From: Octopus sinensis
Lineage: Eukaryota
Reading direction: 5' to 3'
NCBI RefSeq assembly: GCF_006345805.1
Contig: NC_043004.1
Location: forward strand, 52,018,001 to 52,082,000
DNA: 64,000 bases
Of this stretch, positions 12,504 to 26,967 are shown one piece after another (the first letter of the stretch is position 1; each line of letters opens with the position of its first letter). The notes beneath the pieces were generated by a model. The model was not told the origin of the DNA. It did no database searches and saw only the letters and a program-made list of their open reading frames with translations. A program made the position numbers and the translations under genes.

Positions 12504-13839
12504 AATCAAGCTGAGAGCCTGTAGAAAAGTTGTCCTACAAACAAAGCAGCATGTCAATAAGGCATGAACTACTTCAAAAATTTCCTTTTAACTGACTTGG
12601 AAAAAAAAACAAGACGCACATTCTCTTGTAGAACATGGATAATAGGGGTCTTAATGCATGCCTTACAACTGGAGCCCAACTTCAAGATTGGGTTACCAGC
12701 AGGTTCTGTAACGTCTTTTCTGTTGATAAATGGGAGGGAGGAGAACCATTGAGTCAGCGTTATAAGAATACCCTTGTAGCATTTAACAACGAAATTGCGA
12801 GGGTCTTCCTTAGAGTTCAACATTAATTCGGGATCATATATGAGTCATGCCAAGACCTATCTATGGCAATTTCATTAGAAGAAATGCTATGGGGTCTGAG
12901 CGAATCAGGAGCAGAAAATAGCAGAGTAAGTCGCGAACAGTCAGTATATTGATGAAATAAAGTAAAATGTTTTAGCTACTGCTGGAAACATCAGTGAAAA
13001 TAATCATGTCTTGATCTATGGAGATGGAAGGTACCATTAACATTATAGATAAATGAGAAGTATCGGAATGAAGATAAGATATAATCATGATAACCAGAAC
13101 GTCTTAATCATGTGGCTGCTAGTTCAGGCCTAACCTGGGGCAAAAGCATAACAGCAAAGCACAAGGATGTACGTAGTCATTTGAAATGCTTTCAAATCAC
13201 TCCATGAAATACAAACAGACGAGCAATTTAATAATTTAGTTCTAGTTACAACACACACACACGCACACACAGAGCTTAATGACCGTAAACGGAGCATTTC
13301 GATCATATATTTAATGGATTACGGTTAACCTAGTGTTAAAAATTGCTCCAACAAATTGCTGTTATGGTTGTTGATGCAGGTTAGGACTGATCCCGGGGAA
13401 TTACCACATGCTACAATCCAACGCGTCTATCTATCGAAATATTCAGTAATCGTATCTAGAAAATATCCATTTTCAGATAGTCTTACACATCCATATCTAT
13501 GTGAATGTAAATGATTTCAGAGAGATTAAACTCCTATTTCTAGCAGGACGTTAGCTCAACTGCATGTTGTGTAAATTATTGACAAATAAGAACAATTTGC
13601 AAACAAACATGATGAGGCGCGACCTGGACCTACCTACCCCACACACTATACAATCATTTAGAGGGAATCGCATCTCTAATAAAATGCAGACAATATCTAT
13701 CATATTTGAGATGAGAAGATACACCAAATATAGTCCGGTGAGGTCATTTTCATTATAATCATACAATTATAGATAAAACAACTTCCGATAAATCGTAGAC
13801 ATACATACATACGCACATACGCACACGCACACATCTATG

Positions 13840-13886
<47 letters not shown>

Positions 13887-13921
13887 ATATATATATATAT
13901 ATATATCTATATATATATATA

Positions 13922-13969
<48 letters not shown>

Positions 13970-14324
13970 ATGTATGTAAGTATATATGTATCTGTGAGTG
14001 TATTGTCTAACGTTGGACACATAACTATATAATATCTGTTCATATTCGTGTACCTCTCTCTCCCTCTCTGTCCCGCTACTTATCTATCTATCTACATATC
14101 TATACACATATGAACACTTGCATATTTATATGCATGCCTACATACATATATATATACATACATACATACATACATACATACATACATACATACATACATA
14201 CATTCATACATACATACATACATACATACATACATTCATACATATATATATACATACATACATACATATATATATATATAAATATGTATATATATATATA
14301 TATATAATATATATATAATATATA

Positions 14325-14360
<36 letters not shown>

Positions 14361-14489
14361 TGTATGCATGTATGTATGTATGTATGTATGTATGTATGTA
14401 TGTGTATGTATATATACACACGCAGTTGCATGCATACATATATATTTACAGACTGTTTCAGTGAAAATGTATGTATGTATGTATGTATG

Positions 14490-14574
<85 letters not shown>

Positions 14575-15170
14575 CCATATACCATATACATTGAAATATA
14601 TAATGTGTACATGTCCGTAATAAAACTCTATGATAAACGACCACTTAAAAATGGAAGCTTCTGTTTGTTTTTGTTGTTATAGAGATAGTTAATACTTTTC
14701 TTACGTCATTATTGATATCGTCGTACTTAATAACAACAATAAAAATACCAATAAGTATCACCATCACAACCACAACCAATCAACATCATCTTCGTCATGT
14801 TCATCATCATCGCCAACTTTATCAACACCATCGTCCTTATCATTGGCAAACATGCGACCAATTTTTCTGGATCTTCAATTCTTTTTTCTTCACCTTCGTC
14901 CTCATGTACTTAAAAGTTATCATGCTCATGATGTAACGATAATGCTGAAGATAATGGCGACGTCAGTACTATGATAAGGATGGTGAAGAAGAAGAAGAAG
15001 AAGAAGAAGAAGAGGAGGAGGAGGAGGAAGAAGAAGAGGAGGAAGAAAAAGATCTTGATGATGATGAGGGTAACGCTTGTGTTGATGGGGGTGGTAGTTC
15101 TCGACTGACCTCTTATTTCTTTCCTCCTCTCTTCTTTTTTTCCATCACCAACGTGTCTACATCAAACCGA

Positions 15171-15312
15171 CCGCGTGGCTGTATGGTAAGAAGCTCGCTT
15201 CCCAACCACATGGTTCTGGGTTCAGTTCCACTGCATTCCACCTAATACAGCTTCGGACCGACCAGAGTACTATGAGTGGATTTGCTAGAGGGAAACTGAA
15301 AGAACCCCGTCG

Positions 15313-15366
<54 letters not shown>

Positions 15367-15500
15367 TTCGGCAAAAGATCGATAAAATAAGTACCGGGCT
15401 TTAAAAGATATTCTGGGGTCGATTCATTCGACTACAAATTCCTCAAGGCAGTGCTCCATCTTGGCCGCAGATTCACTATTTGAACAAATGCAAAGAATAC
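15171..15500 (+). mobile_element. SINE family A, diverged and deleted
   Basis: gtggctgtatggtaagaagctcgcttcccaaccacatggttctgggttcag head and family body. Confidence 0.8.
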
Positions 15501-16691
15501 ATACTTACATACTTACACACAAGAAACACAAACATACACACACAAACATACACTCAAACACTCACTCACACACACACACATTAATTTTTTATGCACATAA
15601 GATATGTATACATTTTTGCACAATCTCATACAGTCCATATATATATGTGTGTGTATGTACTTATTGATATGTATGTATGTATGTATGCCTTTACACACAC
15701 ATATATGTATACATATATATATATGTATATATGAGTATCCAAGCACACCACCAAACACACACGTACACACACATATATATATATATATATTGGTATATAT
15801 ATATGTGTGAGTCCGCGCATAAGGATATGTATGTATATAGGTATGAGTATATGTACCTATGCATTTGTGTATTTGTATGTATGTTTGTTCCTCTTATGTA
15901 ATAATAATTAAGATTGCCATTTTTTTGGCCAGATTACTCCAAGCCGACAGACGGACAGTCAGACCGTCACTCAGACAGACAGGCAGACTGATACACAAAA
16001 CAGACAAAGAAAACACGCGAACCAAAAAGAAAAAAGACAAAAAAACTATTGAGGCTAATAATATATAAATAAATTAAAAGAAAAAAAACAAAATAGCAAG
16101 AACGCATTAAGACACGAAATGTAATAAAGAAAAGTCACATACAACAACAACAGCAGCAATAAGAACAACATTATCAACAATAACAACGGCAAAAAGAACA
16201 TCATATTTTTTTTTACTGTTTCTTACCATTTGCTTTTATTAAAAAAATAAAAACCTTGTTTGGCTTGAAACTAAGATTTTGTGTCTTTTTTTTATGTAAA
16301 AATCTTTATTTATTTCTATTGTCGTGGTTTTCTGGCAGAGAACTAAAAAAAGCTCAGATTTCCGTTATGAACCAAAATGGAGGAAGAGTGATTGTAAATA
16401 TAACTTTAGCTTTTTAGTGCTTCTCCCCCCACCCATATCCCTTAATTACAGTTACTCTGTACTCTGTATGTGTACGAAGAAATGTTCTTAACGCGCGCGT
16501 GTGTCTGTGTATGTGTGTGTTTTGTTGTATGTATGTGTATTATATAATATATGTCTAGATACCCAACTAACAGGATGCAGATTAACTCCACATAGCAAGA
16601 TGTCCATATATATATGATAAATGTAATATGTGTAACTTATATAACTATGTATGCATACATACCTCTATATATAAATAAATAAATAAATATA

Positions 16692-16743
<52 letters not shown>

Positions 16744-16792
16744 GTACACATATATTTTTATATATACATATATTATATATATACATACGTAC

Positions 16793-16829
<37 letters not shown>

Positions 16830-17200
16830 AGAATATTTAAGTAGGTGAATGAATTATCCTATGCTTATCGTCAGCATGGAAAATTCGTTTAACCGAAACC
16901 TGGGTAGCAAATTCACGTCAGAAAACACGGTTGAAGCGACCTGTCAAGGGTAGAAACTCCGGGTTCATGCGTTAAAATTTGTGTGTTGTATATGAATAAA
17001 TGAAAGAATGGAGTCGAACGAAGATGTTAACAAAATTCCTTTACTCTCGACACATGTTTCGAAGACAGCATATTTTCATTCCGAATGAATGAAGGGTGCA
17101 TTATGCAATCTTCTCATCAGGAAAGAAAAGGAGCCTCTCTCGACAACAAGACAAACAAAAATTTCGATTATTGCCTACATGGTAAACAAAGCGATAATGA
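16830..17200 (-). mobile_element. Penelope-like element terminal fragment (pseudo-LTR) ending in (TA)n
   Basis: Contains an HHR; the 3' part has a homologue at 40750-40885; no ORF. Confidence 0.55.
17038..17131 (-). ncRNA. type I hammerhead ribozyme, canonical core
   Basis: Minus strand: ccttttctttc-CTGATGA-gaaga...tcttc-GAAA-C-ATGT-GT-C-gagagtaaagg. Stem I 10 of 11 pairs, stem II 5 bp starting G-C, GUC site. Confidence 0.85.
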
Positions 17201-17431
17201 GTTTTTTTTATTTTAAAAATCCGTTAGAAGAAATGACGTCAAAAATGGATAGTAGGAGGAAGGGAAGGGATAAAGTAAAAATAGGTAGGGGACAGTATGT
17301 TTGCTGTATGTATGGAAATGTGTGGGTGTGTGCTTGTGTTAATGAGTGCGTGTGTTTGTGTGTGTGTGTACATATATATATATATATATATATACATATA
17401 TGCACGCCAGTTTGTATGAGTACTGTGTGAG

Positions 17432-17465
<34 letters not shown>

Positions 17466-17592
17466 ATATATATATATACACAACACACATACTTACACAC
17501 ACATATATATATATTATATATATATATGCATATATATATGTATATATTATATATATTATATATATATATATATATATTATGTATATATATAT

Positions 17593-17635
<43 letters not shown>

Positions 17636-17695
17636 TTGAAATAAGATGACAAAATAGAGATAATTAATTAATCATTATTTATTAACTAAAAAATG

Positions 17696-17786
17696 ACATC
17701 TCTTACATCTGTTTCAATTCTTGACCTTCAGAAAATTATTTTATAAAATTAAAATTTATTTGAAAGTCGAATCTTGTCAGATGTAG
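17696..17786 (-). ncRNA. degenerate hammerhead (core CTGACAA, stem III ACAGATGT)
   Basis: Homologous to 61507-61592; G8 replaced by A. Confidence 0.45.
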
Positions 17787-18305
17787 TTTCAGATATACAA
17801 AATGGGTTTTCAATTCCTGCATGGTGAGTATATCGCTGCAAACCCTTAATTGATGAAATTTATGCATACAGAAAATAGTATAAAACAGGGTATAGACCTT
17901 AGAAAGGGGTGGAAGGTAGTGTATATTGGAGTTGTAATGGAAAACTAGATCAATATATTCTTCTAGGGTGTTTAGTGAAAGAAAAGCTCAAGTAGATATA
18001 TTGGACTATATGCCATATATTGCGATATTATGTGCATCCATATTAAAACAATAGACCATTAATTGGTAACGTTTTGTTCAAATATGTATAGTTATAATTA
18101 ATATTTAATTAAGATGGAAGTCATTCTAGGCAATCTATTATCGAAAGGGTTAAAAGACTTATAAGGTATATTACCTTAATGCTCGGGTACACAAAAATGT
18201 TTAAAATAAATATAACTAACCAGTACTTTCATAAGATCTTACTCTCCCTTAATGAGGTTTGTAATCTTTATTCGAACATTATATATATATATATATATAT
18301 ATATA

Positions 18306-18707
18306 TACTCTTTACTCTTTACTCTTTTACTTGTTTCAGTAATTTGACTGCGGCCATGCTGGAGCACCACCTTTAGTCGATCAAATCGACCCAGGGACTT
18401 ATTCTTTGTAAGCTTAGTACTTATTCTATCGGTCTCTTTTGCCGAACCGCTAAGTGACGGGGACGTAAACACACCAACATCGGTTGTCAAGCAATGCTAG
18501 GGTGACAAACACAGGCACACAAACAAATACACACACACTTATATATACATATATACGACGGGCTTCTTTCGGTTTCCGTCTACCAAATCCTCTCACAAGG
18601 CATTGGTCGGCCCGGGGCTATAGCAGAAGACACTTGCCCAAGATGCCACGCAGTGGGACTGAACCCGGAACCATGTGGTTGGTTAGCAAGCTACTTACCA
18701 CACAGCC
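18306..18707 (-). mobile_element. SINE family A, near full length
   Basis: Reverse complement of 2571-2969. Confidence 0.9.
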
Positions 18708-19220
18708 CAAATCGTCGCGTTTTGGCAGTGATTTTAAAATTCTCTGTGTATCTTTGTGGGTGTTCGAGTATGTAAGTCAGTGAGTCTGGATGTCTGGTAA
18801 AACGTTTGTGCTTGACCGTGTGTCTATCGAAAGGGCTTGATAACGAAAAATATTTGGATTTATTAGAATAAAAATGTTTTCCGAATGTGGAAGTTTGAAA
18901 ACAGATGTTATTCTATTGTTTCAGATAATAACACAGAAATCACAATACATACCAGAAGATGGATCCTACTATCCTATTGATTTTCATAACTTATGAATGA
19001 ATAAATCACAGGTAAGCATAATTTATATAAGTATGGGTGATAGAGATTCTCCAAATTTCAAATATATTTGGATTACACATACACGCAAACTCACAAATGT
19101 AAATGCAACTTAATATACAATAAATTCCTTATTATTAATGGAAGAAAGTAGAGATTAAACTTCATGAATAGAATTGAAAAAGTACACAAACAGATAAATT
19201 GAGAAAAATATTGAGCCAAA

Positions 19221-19375
19221 TAGGCGCAGGTATGGCTGTGTGGTAAAAAGCTTGCTTTTCAAACACATGGCTCGAGGTTCAGTCTGACTCCTTGGGCAAG
19301 TGTCTTCTACTATAACTTCGGGCGAACCAAAGCCTTGTGAGTGGATTGGTAGACGGAAACTGAAGGAATCCCGTC

Positions 19376-19417
<42 letters not shown>

Positions 19418-19640
19418 TGTTTGTTTGTGTGTGTGCATTTGTATCTGTGTCCATCACCGATTGACAACCAGTGTTGATGTGTTTACGGGCCCGTAACGGA
19501 GCGGTTTGATAAAAGAGATTGATAGAATAAGTACTAAGATTAAAATATAAGTCATGATACCGATTTCTTCGACTAGAACCCTTCAAGGCGAAGTTGCAGC
19601 ATGGTCGCAGGGAAATGATTAAAACAAGTAAAAGAATAAA
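19221..19640 (+). mobile_element. SINE family A
   Basis: Colinear with 2571-2969. Confidence 0.85.
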
Positions 19641-20240
19641 ATATTGAAGAATAAAATTCGATAGATTCAATTCTCCCAAATTAAAGTTTTGCGCAGGTCA
19701 TTATCTGAACGCTCCCTGTAAATAACCTAAAACCAAAACTTTATGCGGCAACCGAAAAACAGCTACTATCGTAGAGGCAAAATTCAACCTTCAGGATAAA
19801 ATATTCCGACCATAGATTAAACGTAACTGAGCCATTGTATACATAGACGATTATTCAAGTTACCCACCACATTTTGTTTAGCAATCTCTCCATCAATTTA
19901 TGTCTGTGAAATTCCGTAGCCTTTTATGATGTGGCATCATTCAAGTGATGAATAAATACACATACAACATGATGTTGGGATCTACAGGTTTCAAATAAAT
20001 CTGTATATAATCATAGACATATAAGTCAGCACCAGAAAATACAAAAGAAAAAAAGAGAAGAAAAACAAGAACGCGTAGTTGAATCATCATATTCAATAAA
20101 TACATGCATTTTCGTAAGCAAAACTTTCCATCAACTTGGAAGAAACTGCATTCTTTCTGCACACCATGACAGGATGTCTAGCAAAACAAGAAAAAAAGAG
20201 TAATAGTCAAAAAGTACTGGACATATTTTCCTATGCCCTA

Positions 20241-20466
20241 GCAGAGCTGGCAGAAACGTTAGCACGCCGGGCGAAATGCGAAGCCGTATTTCGTCTGTCG
20301 TTACGTTCTGAGTTCAAATTCCGCCGAGGTCGACTTTGCCTTTCATCCTCTCGGGGTCGATAAATAAAGTACCAGTTTCGCACTGGGTCGATATAATCGA
20401 CTTAATCCCTTTGTCTGTCCTTGTTTGTCCCATCTATGCTTAGCCCCTTGTGGGCAATAAAGAAAT
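20241..20466 (+). mobile_element. SINE family B, long-tail variant
   Basis: Family B body plus tail cttaatcc.tttgtctgtcc...gccccttgtgggcaataaagaaata. Confidence 0.9.
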
Positions 20467-21914
20467 ATATATATTAATTATTAGAAATGAACCAAGATAA
20501 GACTGCTACGAAGAAAAAAGATGTTATATTAAATCGTTGGGTCAGTCAATCGTATGGTGAAGAATAAGTCACATATGTATCAGTCGTCACATTCAAGAGT
20601 TGCAAAGCAAGTCACTGGTTATATAAAAATGATTGTTCATTCTATCTATATAATTATACATTGCAACACAACACTGGCAACACATATCTGGCTTTTAAAA
20701 AAATGTGAGTGTAATCCTTAATATTATGTGGCGATATTTAGACGGAGCAACAAGTTTTACACAATCAAATATTGTGATGTAATAATGCACGTCAGAAAGC
20801 TATTAATTCTGCAACAACAAAGCAAAACATTGAACAAACACAAACACACACAAAAAAATAATTTCCTCGTAATTTCACATGCGAAGATATCGCCTTAAAT
20901 ACCATAATGGCATGCCAATAACAGCAGCATAAAATCTGGACCAAAACATTTCCCGCTTTATTTTCCATGTAATGTTTTGCGTCACAATTAATAATAGCAA
21001 TGCAAAACGCATATTGTTACAAGGGAATACATGAATATATCACGTTTTCCGCGCGTGATAACTGAATAGTTGAATGAGCTGTGTATTTTCTAACACATTT
21101 TCAACAACCAATATAATATTGATCAATCATATTTCGATGCATTTCGCAAATATTTTTAATGATACAGCGTCGAGCGGCTTGCATACTTCAAATGTTTGAA
21201 CAATTGGGATCGTGAAACGGAGATGATAATAATAACAGTGATAAAAGTAAACATAATAGTAATGTTGATGATGATGATAATTATGATGATGGGCAACACA
21301 AACACACACACGTACATACACGCACACACACACAAACGTATGCACAAGTGCTGACCACTCTTTGTGCGATGGATTCTGGATTAACGGTTGCAGATATATA
21401 AAAGATATACATACTTACATACATATAAGCAGAGACATATATATGTATATCCATACATAAATACATACATACATACACACATACATACATACATACATAC
21501 ATACATACATACACACGCACAAACATACACACACATACATACACACACACATACATATTTATATATATATATACATGTATGTATATACATATGTGTGTAT
21601 GTGTGTGTGTATGAATGTATGTATATATTACATATGCGTACAACTGTTAATCTAGAAACATTTTTTTCTCTAGATTTTTCTCCTTTTCCTGCGGTTTCCT
21701 CTTCCCAATGCATTTCTTTCTATAGAAGAACGTATACTCGAAATGTCGAAAACTTCCATTTTTCCTAAGTGTCAAACTAATGCCCCTCGATTGTTGTTCA
21801 CTCACCTGTCTTGTCTTTTGCCTTTTGATTTGTTGCATCATCTATAATCATCATTACACACATACAAACATACATGCATATATATCTATATTTAAATATA
21901 TATATATATATATA

Positions 21915-21981
21915 TATACGTCTGTGTGTATATATATATATAAACATAAATAATATATGTACACACAAGCACGCACACACA

Positions 21982-22024
<43 letters not shown>

Positions 22025-23095
22025 CACACACACACACACACAGAGAAATATTTTTACACACGGCTTTGAGCACTCGGCTTTTGATAACATACAGGTAACT
22101 AGGGGATGCTGGATATTTATTGAATATAGAAACCCCCTCCAGATTGGAATTAAAATTTGCTTCCAATTTAAATTTAATATTGATAATGTTTCATCCTTGT
22201 TCTGAAAAGTATACAAAAAGAAAAAAAGAAAAAGAATTTGATGATACGGTACAGATTTAGCAGAGATAATTGGGGCCTTTCTTACTTTAGGCGATATTTT
22301 TTGTAGCTGTTTCATATCATTTGATACAAGGTAGAGAGCCATTTTTATCTATTGACAGCATTTCTGCGCCTTGAATTCCTTTTATGTCATTTCTCCGAAG
22401 AGAAGTTTTTATTAAGCAGATATGCTAATCATATAACTCCTTATCACTTTCACGATATTCAGTGAATCGTCAGAAAACTGGGGACGATGAAGTGAGAAGT
22501 CTAATCATATATTTGTTTCAATATGTATATGACTGGCAATAATAGCACACTTTGAATAACTACTTTTCCTCTCTCACATGTGCTCATCTCTCTGTATGCG
22601 TGCGTACCTTTGTGTGTCTCAATGTATATATATATATATATATTGTGGAGTAATAATATTATTAACTGTTACGTGGAAATATTTGTCTATGGCGGCGAGT
22701 AAACTAAATTTTCGATTGTAAAGCTAGTATGAACATATGTCCTAAAATAGTCGGAATTCGTGTGTTTTCATGTTTCACAGTCGTCCACAGCAGTGTACAG
22801 TCCTGTTGATTCCTCAGTTCTGACGATAGAGTCTCAATACATGTGATCATATAGGTTTGAAATTTTGACACAGGACCAGGATAAGTCGATCACATCGACC
22901 CCAGTGTTTAACTGATAATAATTTTATCGACCCCGAAATAATGAAAAGCAAACTCGACTCGACAGAATATGATCTGAGGACGTAATGACGGACGAAATGC
23001 TGCCAAACAATATTGTAAGGTTTGTTGTGTGGTAAGAAGCTTGCTTACGAACCACATGGTTCCGGGTCCAGTCCCACTCCTGAAAGAAGCCAGTC

Positions 23096-23143
<48 letters not shown>

Positions 23144-23206
23144 TACGTCTGTGTGTATATATATATAAACATAAATAATATATGTACACACAAGCACGCA
23201 CACACA

Positions 23207-23269
<63 letters not shown>

Positions 23270-24321
23270 GAAATATTTTTACACACGGCTTTGAGCACTC
23301 GGCTTTTGATAACATACAGGTAACTAGGGGATGCTGGATATTTATTGAAATATAGAAACCCCGTCCAGATTGGAATTAAAATTTGCTTCCAATTTAAATT
23401 TAATATTGATAATGTTTCATCCTTGTTCTGAAAAGTATACAAAAAGAAAAAAAGAAAAAGAATTTGATGATACGGTACAGATTTAGCAGAGATAATTGGG
23501 GCCTTTCTTACTTTAGGCGATATTTTTTGTAGCTGTTTCATATCATTTGATACAAGGTAGAGCCATTTTTATCTATTGACAGCATTTCTGCGCCTTGAAT
23601 TCCTTTTATGTCATTTCTCCGAAGAGAAGGTTTTTTATTAAGCAGATATGCTAATCATATAACTCCTTATCACTTTCACGATATTCAGTGAATCGTCAGA
23701 AAACTGGGGACGATGAAGTGAGAAGTCTAATCATATATTTGTTTCAATATGTATATGACTGGCAATAATAGCACACTTTGAATAACTACTTTTCTCTCTC
23801 ACATGTGCTCATCTCTCTGTATGCGTGCGTACCTTTGTGTGTCTCAATGTATATATATATATATATATTGTGGAGTAATAATATTATTAACTGTTACGTG
23901 GAAATATTTGTCTATGGCGGCGAGTAAACTAAATTTTCGATTGTAAAGCTAGTATGAACATATGTCCTAAAATAGTCGGAATTCGTGTGTTTTCATGTTT
24001 CACAGTCGTCCACAGCAGTGTACAGTCCTGTTGATTCCTCAGTTCTGACGATAGAGTCTCAATACATGTGATCATATAGGTTTGAAATTTTGACACAGGA
24101 CCAGGATAAGTCGATCACATCGACCCCAGTGTTTAACTGATAATAATTTTATCGACCCCGAAATAATGAAAAGCAAACTCGACCTCGACAGAATATGATC
24201 TGAGGACGTAATGACGGACGAAATGCTGCCAAACAATATTGTAAGGTTTGTTGTGTGGTAAGAAGCTTGCTTACGAACCACATGGTTCCGGGTCCAGTCC
24301 CACTCCTGAAAGAAGCCAGTC

Positions 24322-24322
<1 letters not shown>
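21915..24322. repeat. tandem duplication of about 1226 bp
   Basis: 21919-23096 recurs at 23146-24322 nearly identically; boundaries lie in (TA)n runs. Confidence 0.95.
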
Positions 24323-24380
<58 letters not shown>

Positions 24381-25371
24381 ATATATGTATATATGTTTGT
24401 ATGTAGGTATGAATTTGTGTGTCTCTGTTTGTCCTCCCACCATAGCTTGAAACCGGTGCTGGAGTGTTTATGTTCCCTTAACTTAGTGATTCGGCTTGAA
24501 GGCTAGTATTTAAGTACTAGGCTTAAAAAGAGAATGTCTTCGGGTCGATTTCTTCGAATAAGTGCGTTTCTCCAGCATGGCCGCTGTCAATTGACTGAAA
24601 CAAAAGAGTAAAAGAGTATCGATTGCGCCAGCTCACCGATCAATGGGTTGGGCAACTCTTCTTCGTGGTTAGTGGCAACTCTTCTTCGTGCTGTTTCGCA
24701 TTCTATAGTTCCATATTCTAAAGACGTAAATATCACAATTGTCATAACCCCAACTGGTTTCTCAAGGCAAAATCTGATATTGTAAGTTGGAGCAGCATTC
24801 CAGTTAAAGGCCTAAATTAGGAGAGGTAGACTGCTTTGCCTTAAATATTATGGTTCTGTTCCCTTTCCGAGTTTAAATTCCTTCGATGTCAACTTTGTGA
24901 TTCCTAATTTCAATAGCTGTAAATAAAATCTGTCCAGGACGCTGGATTGGCAGAATTGTATAAGCGTCCAATTAAGGGTTTGCAGCGATATACTCACCAT
25001 GCAGGAATTGAAAACCCATTTTGTATATCTGAAACTACATCTGACAAGATTCGACTTTCAAATGATTTTTAATTTTATTAATTAATTTTCTTTTGTCACA
25101 TTGGTGCCAAACTGTATAAATTTATGGATCATTTTCTTTGCCGGACTACAGCAGTAACATGGAGGTTGTATGCAAGTGTAGTTGTTGACGTAATATATAC
25201 AAAGGAAGGCTGAACAAAGAATTTCAAGAAACTCTTCTTAACTGTTTTTAGATTTACTTGTCATACTTCAAGAATTACTTTGGATGTTTGTTCTACTTGC
25301 ATTTATTGGTATCTAATTATTAGAAATAGTTAACTAAATTCGCTTAACATTAAGTGACTTATAGATCTAAT

Positions 25372-25427
<56 letters not shown>

Positions 25428-25608
25428 ATATAATATATATATATATACCAATTAAGGACTGAGCACGAAAAGGTGGACAGTCAACATGCTAGATATAGAC
25501 GTCAAATCCCCATTCTCCACAAGGATTATGTTCTCAAATAAAAATAAAATTCAGCACGACCTAAAGCAATGGATGAGACAAAAGAAAAATACTAAGTGGA
25601 ATAATTAC

Positions 25609-25668
25609 CTACGTACTGCAGTTTCAGCTATTAATATCACAAGGATATCTGTAGCTTCATCAGCGTAG
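25609..25668 (-). ncRNA. minimal type I hammerhead, array copy L1
   Basis: ctacg-CTGATGA-agct...agct-GAAA-C-TGCA-GT-A-cgtag on the minus strand. Confidence 0.85.
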
Positions 25669-26463
25669 TCTGTTATGAGCATAATATGCTGTACTAGATG
25701 AAAACCGGTACCGAAGTCCCGCATGCAAAAGTACAACCTATTACGTTCGGATGTATCTTTCGAATGCCTCTACTTTTGGCGCGCTGATAATCGAAAAACT
25801 AGCCTGCTCAATAATTAGCAGCAGTCAATTATCGGTTTGAGAACATATATTTCATATTTAAAAATTAAGGGTAGAAATTGATATTAGTCAATTAAAACCA
25901 GTGGTCTAGCACATTAAAAAGAATCCGAAGATTAAATATTTATATACCAATTAAGGACTGAGCAAGAAAAGGTGGACAGTCAACATGCTAGATATAGACG
26001 TCAAATCGCCATTCTCCACAAGGATTATGTTCTCAAATAAAAATAAAATTCAGCACGACCTAAAGCAATGGATGAGACAAAAAAAAATACTAATCCTTGA
26101 TAATCCTTGTGGAGAATGGCGATTTGACGTCTATATCTAGCATGTTGACTGTCCACCTTTTCGTGCTCAGTCCTTAATTGGTATATATAATATTTTAATC
26201 TTCGATTCTTTTTAATTGCTAGACCACTGGTTTTAATTGACTAATATCAATTTCTACCCTTAATTTTTAAATATGAAATATATGTTCTCAAACCGATAAA
26301 TTGACTGCTGCTAATTATTGGCTGCAGGCTAGTTTTTCGATTATCAGCGCGCCAAAAGTAGAGGCATTCGAAAGATACATCCGAACGTAATAGGTTGTAC
26401 TTTTTGCATGCGGGACTTCGGTACCGTTTTTCATCTAGTACAGCATATTATGCTCATAACAGA

Positions 26464-26523
26464 CTACGCTGATGAAGCTACAGATATCCTTGTGATATTA
26501 ACAGCTGAAACTGCAGTACGTAG
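26464..26523 (+). ncRNA. minimal type I hammerhead, array copy R1
   Basis: Stem I ctacg/cgtag, core 26469-26475, stem II agct/agct with inner atatc/gatat hairpin, GAAA 26507-26510, predicted cut after GUA at 26518. Confidence 0.85.
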
Positions 26524-26967
26524 GTAATTATTCCACTTAGTGTTTTTCTTTTGTCTCATCCATTGCTTTAGGTCGTGCTGAATTTTATTTTTATTGAGAA
26601 CATAATCCTTGTGGAGAATGGCGATTTGACGTCTATATCTAGCATGTTGACTGTCCACCTTTTCGTGCTCAGTCCTTAATTGGTATATATAAATATTTTA
26701 ATCTTCGGATTCTTTTTAATGTGCTAGACCACTGGTTTTAATTGACTAATATCAATTTCTACCCTTAATTTTTAAATATAAATATATGTTCTCAAACCGA
26801 TAAATTGACTGCTGCTAATTATTGGCTGCAGGCTAGTTTTTCGATTATCAGCGCGCCAAAAGTAGAGGCATTCGAAAGATACATCCGAACCTAATAGGTT
26901 GTACTTTTTGCATGCGGGACTTCGGTACCGTTTTTCATCTAGTACAGCATATTATGCTCATAACAGA

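Noticed and set aside
22440-22500. Minus-strand CTGACGA...GAAA (duplicated near 23670-23720)
   Set aside because: Stem II cannot close next to the core and there is no stem III or cleavage triplet.
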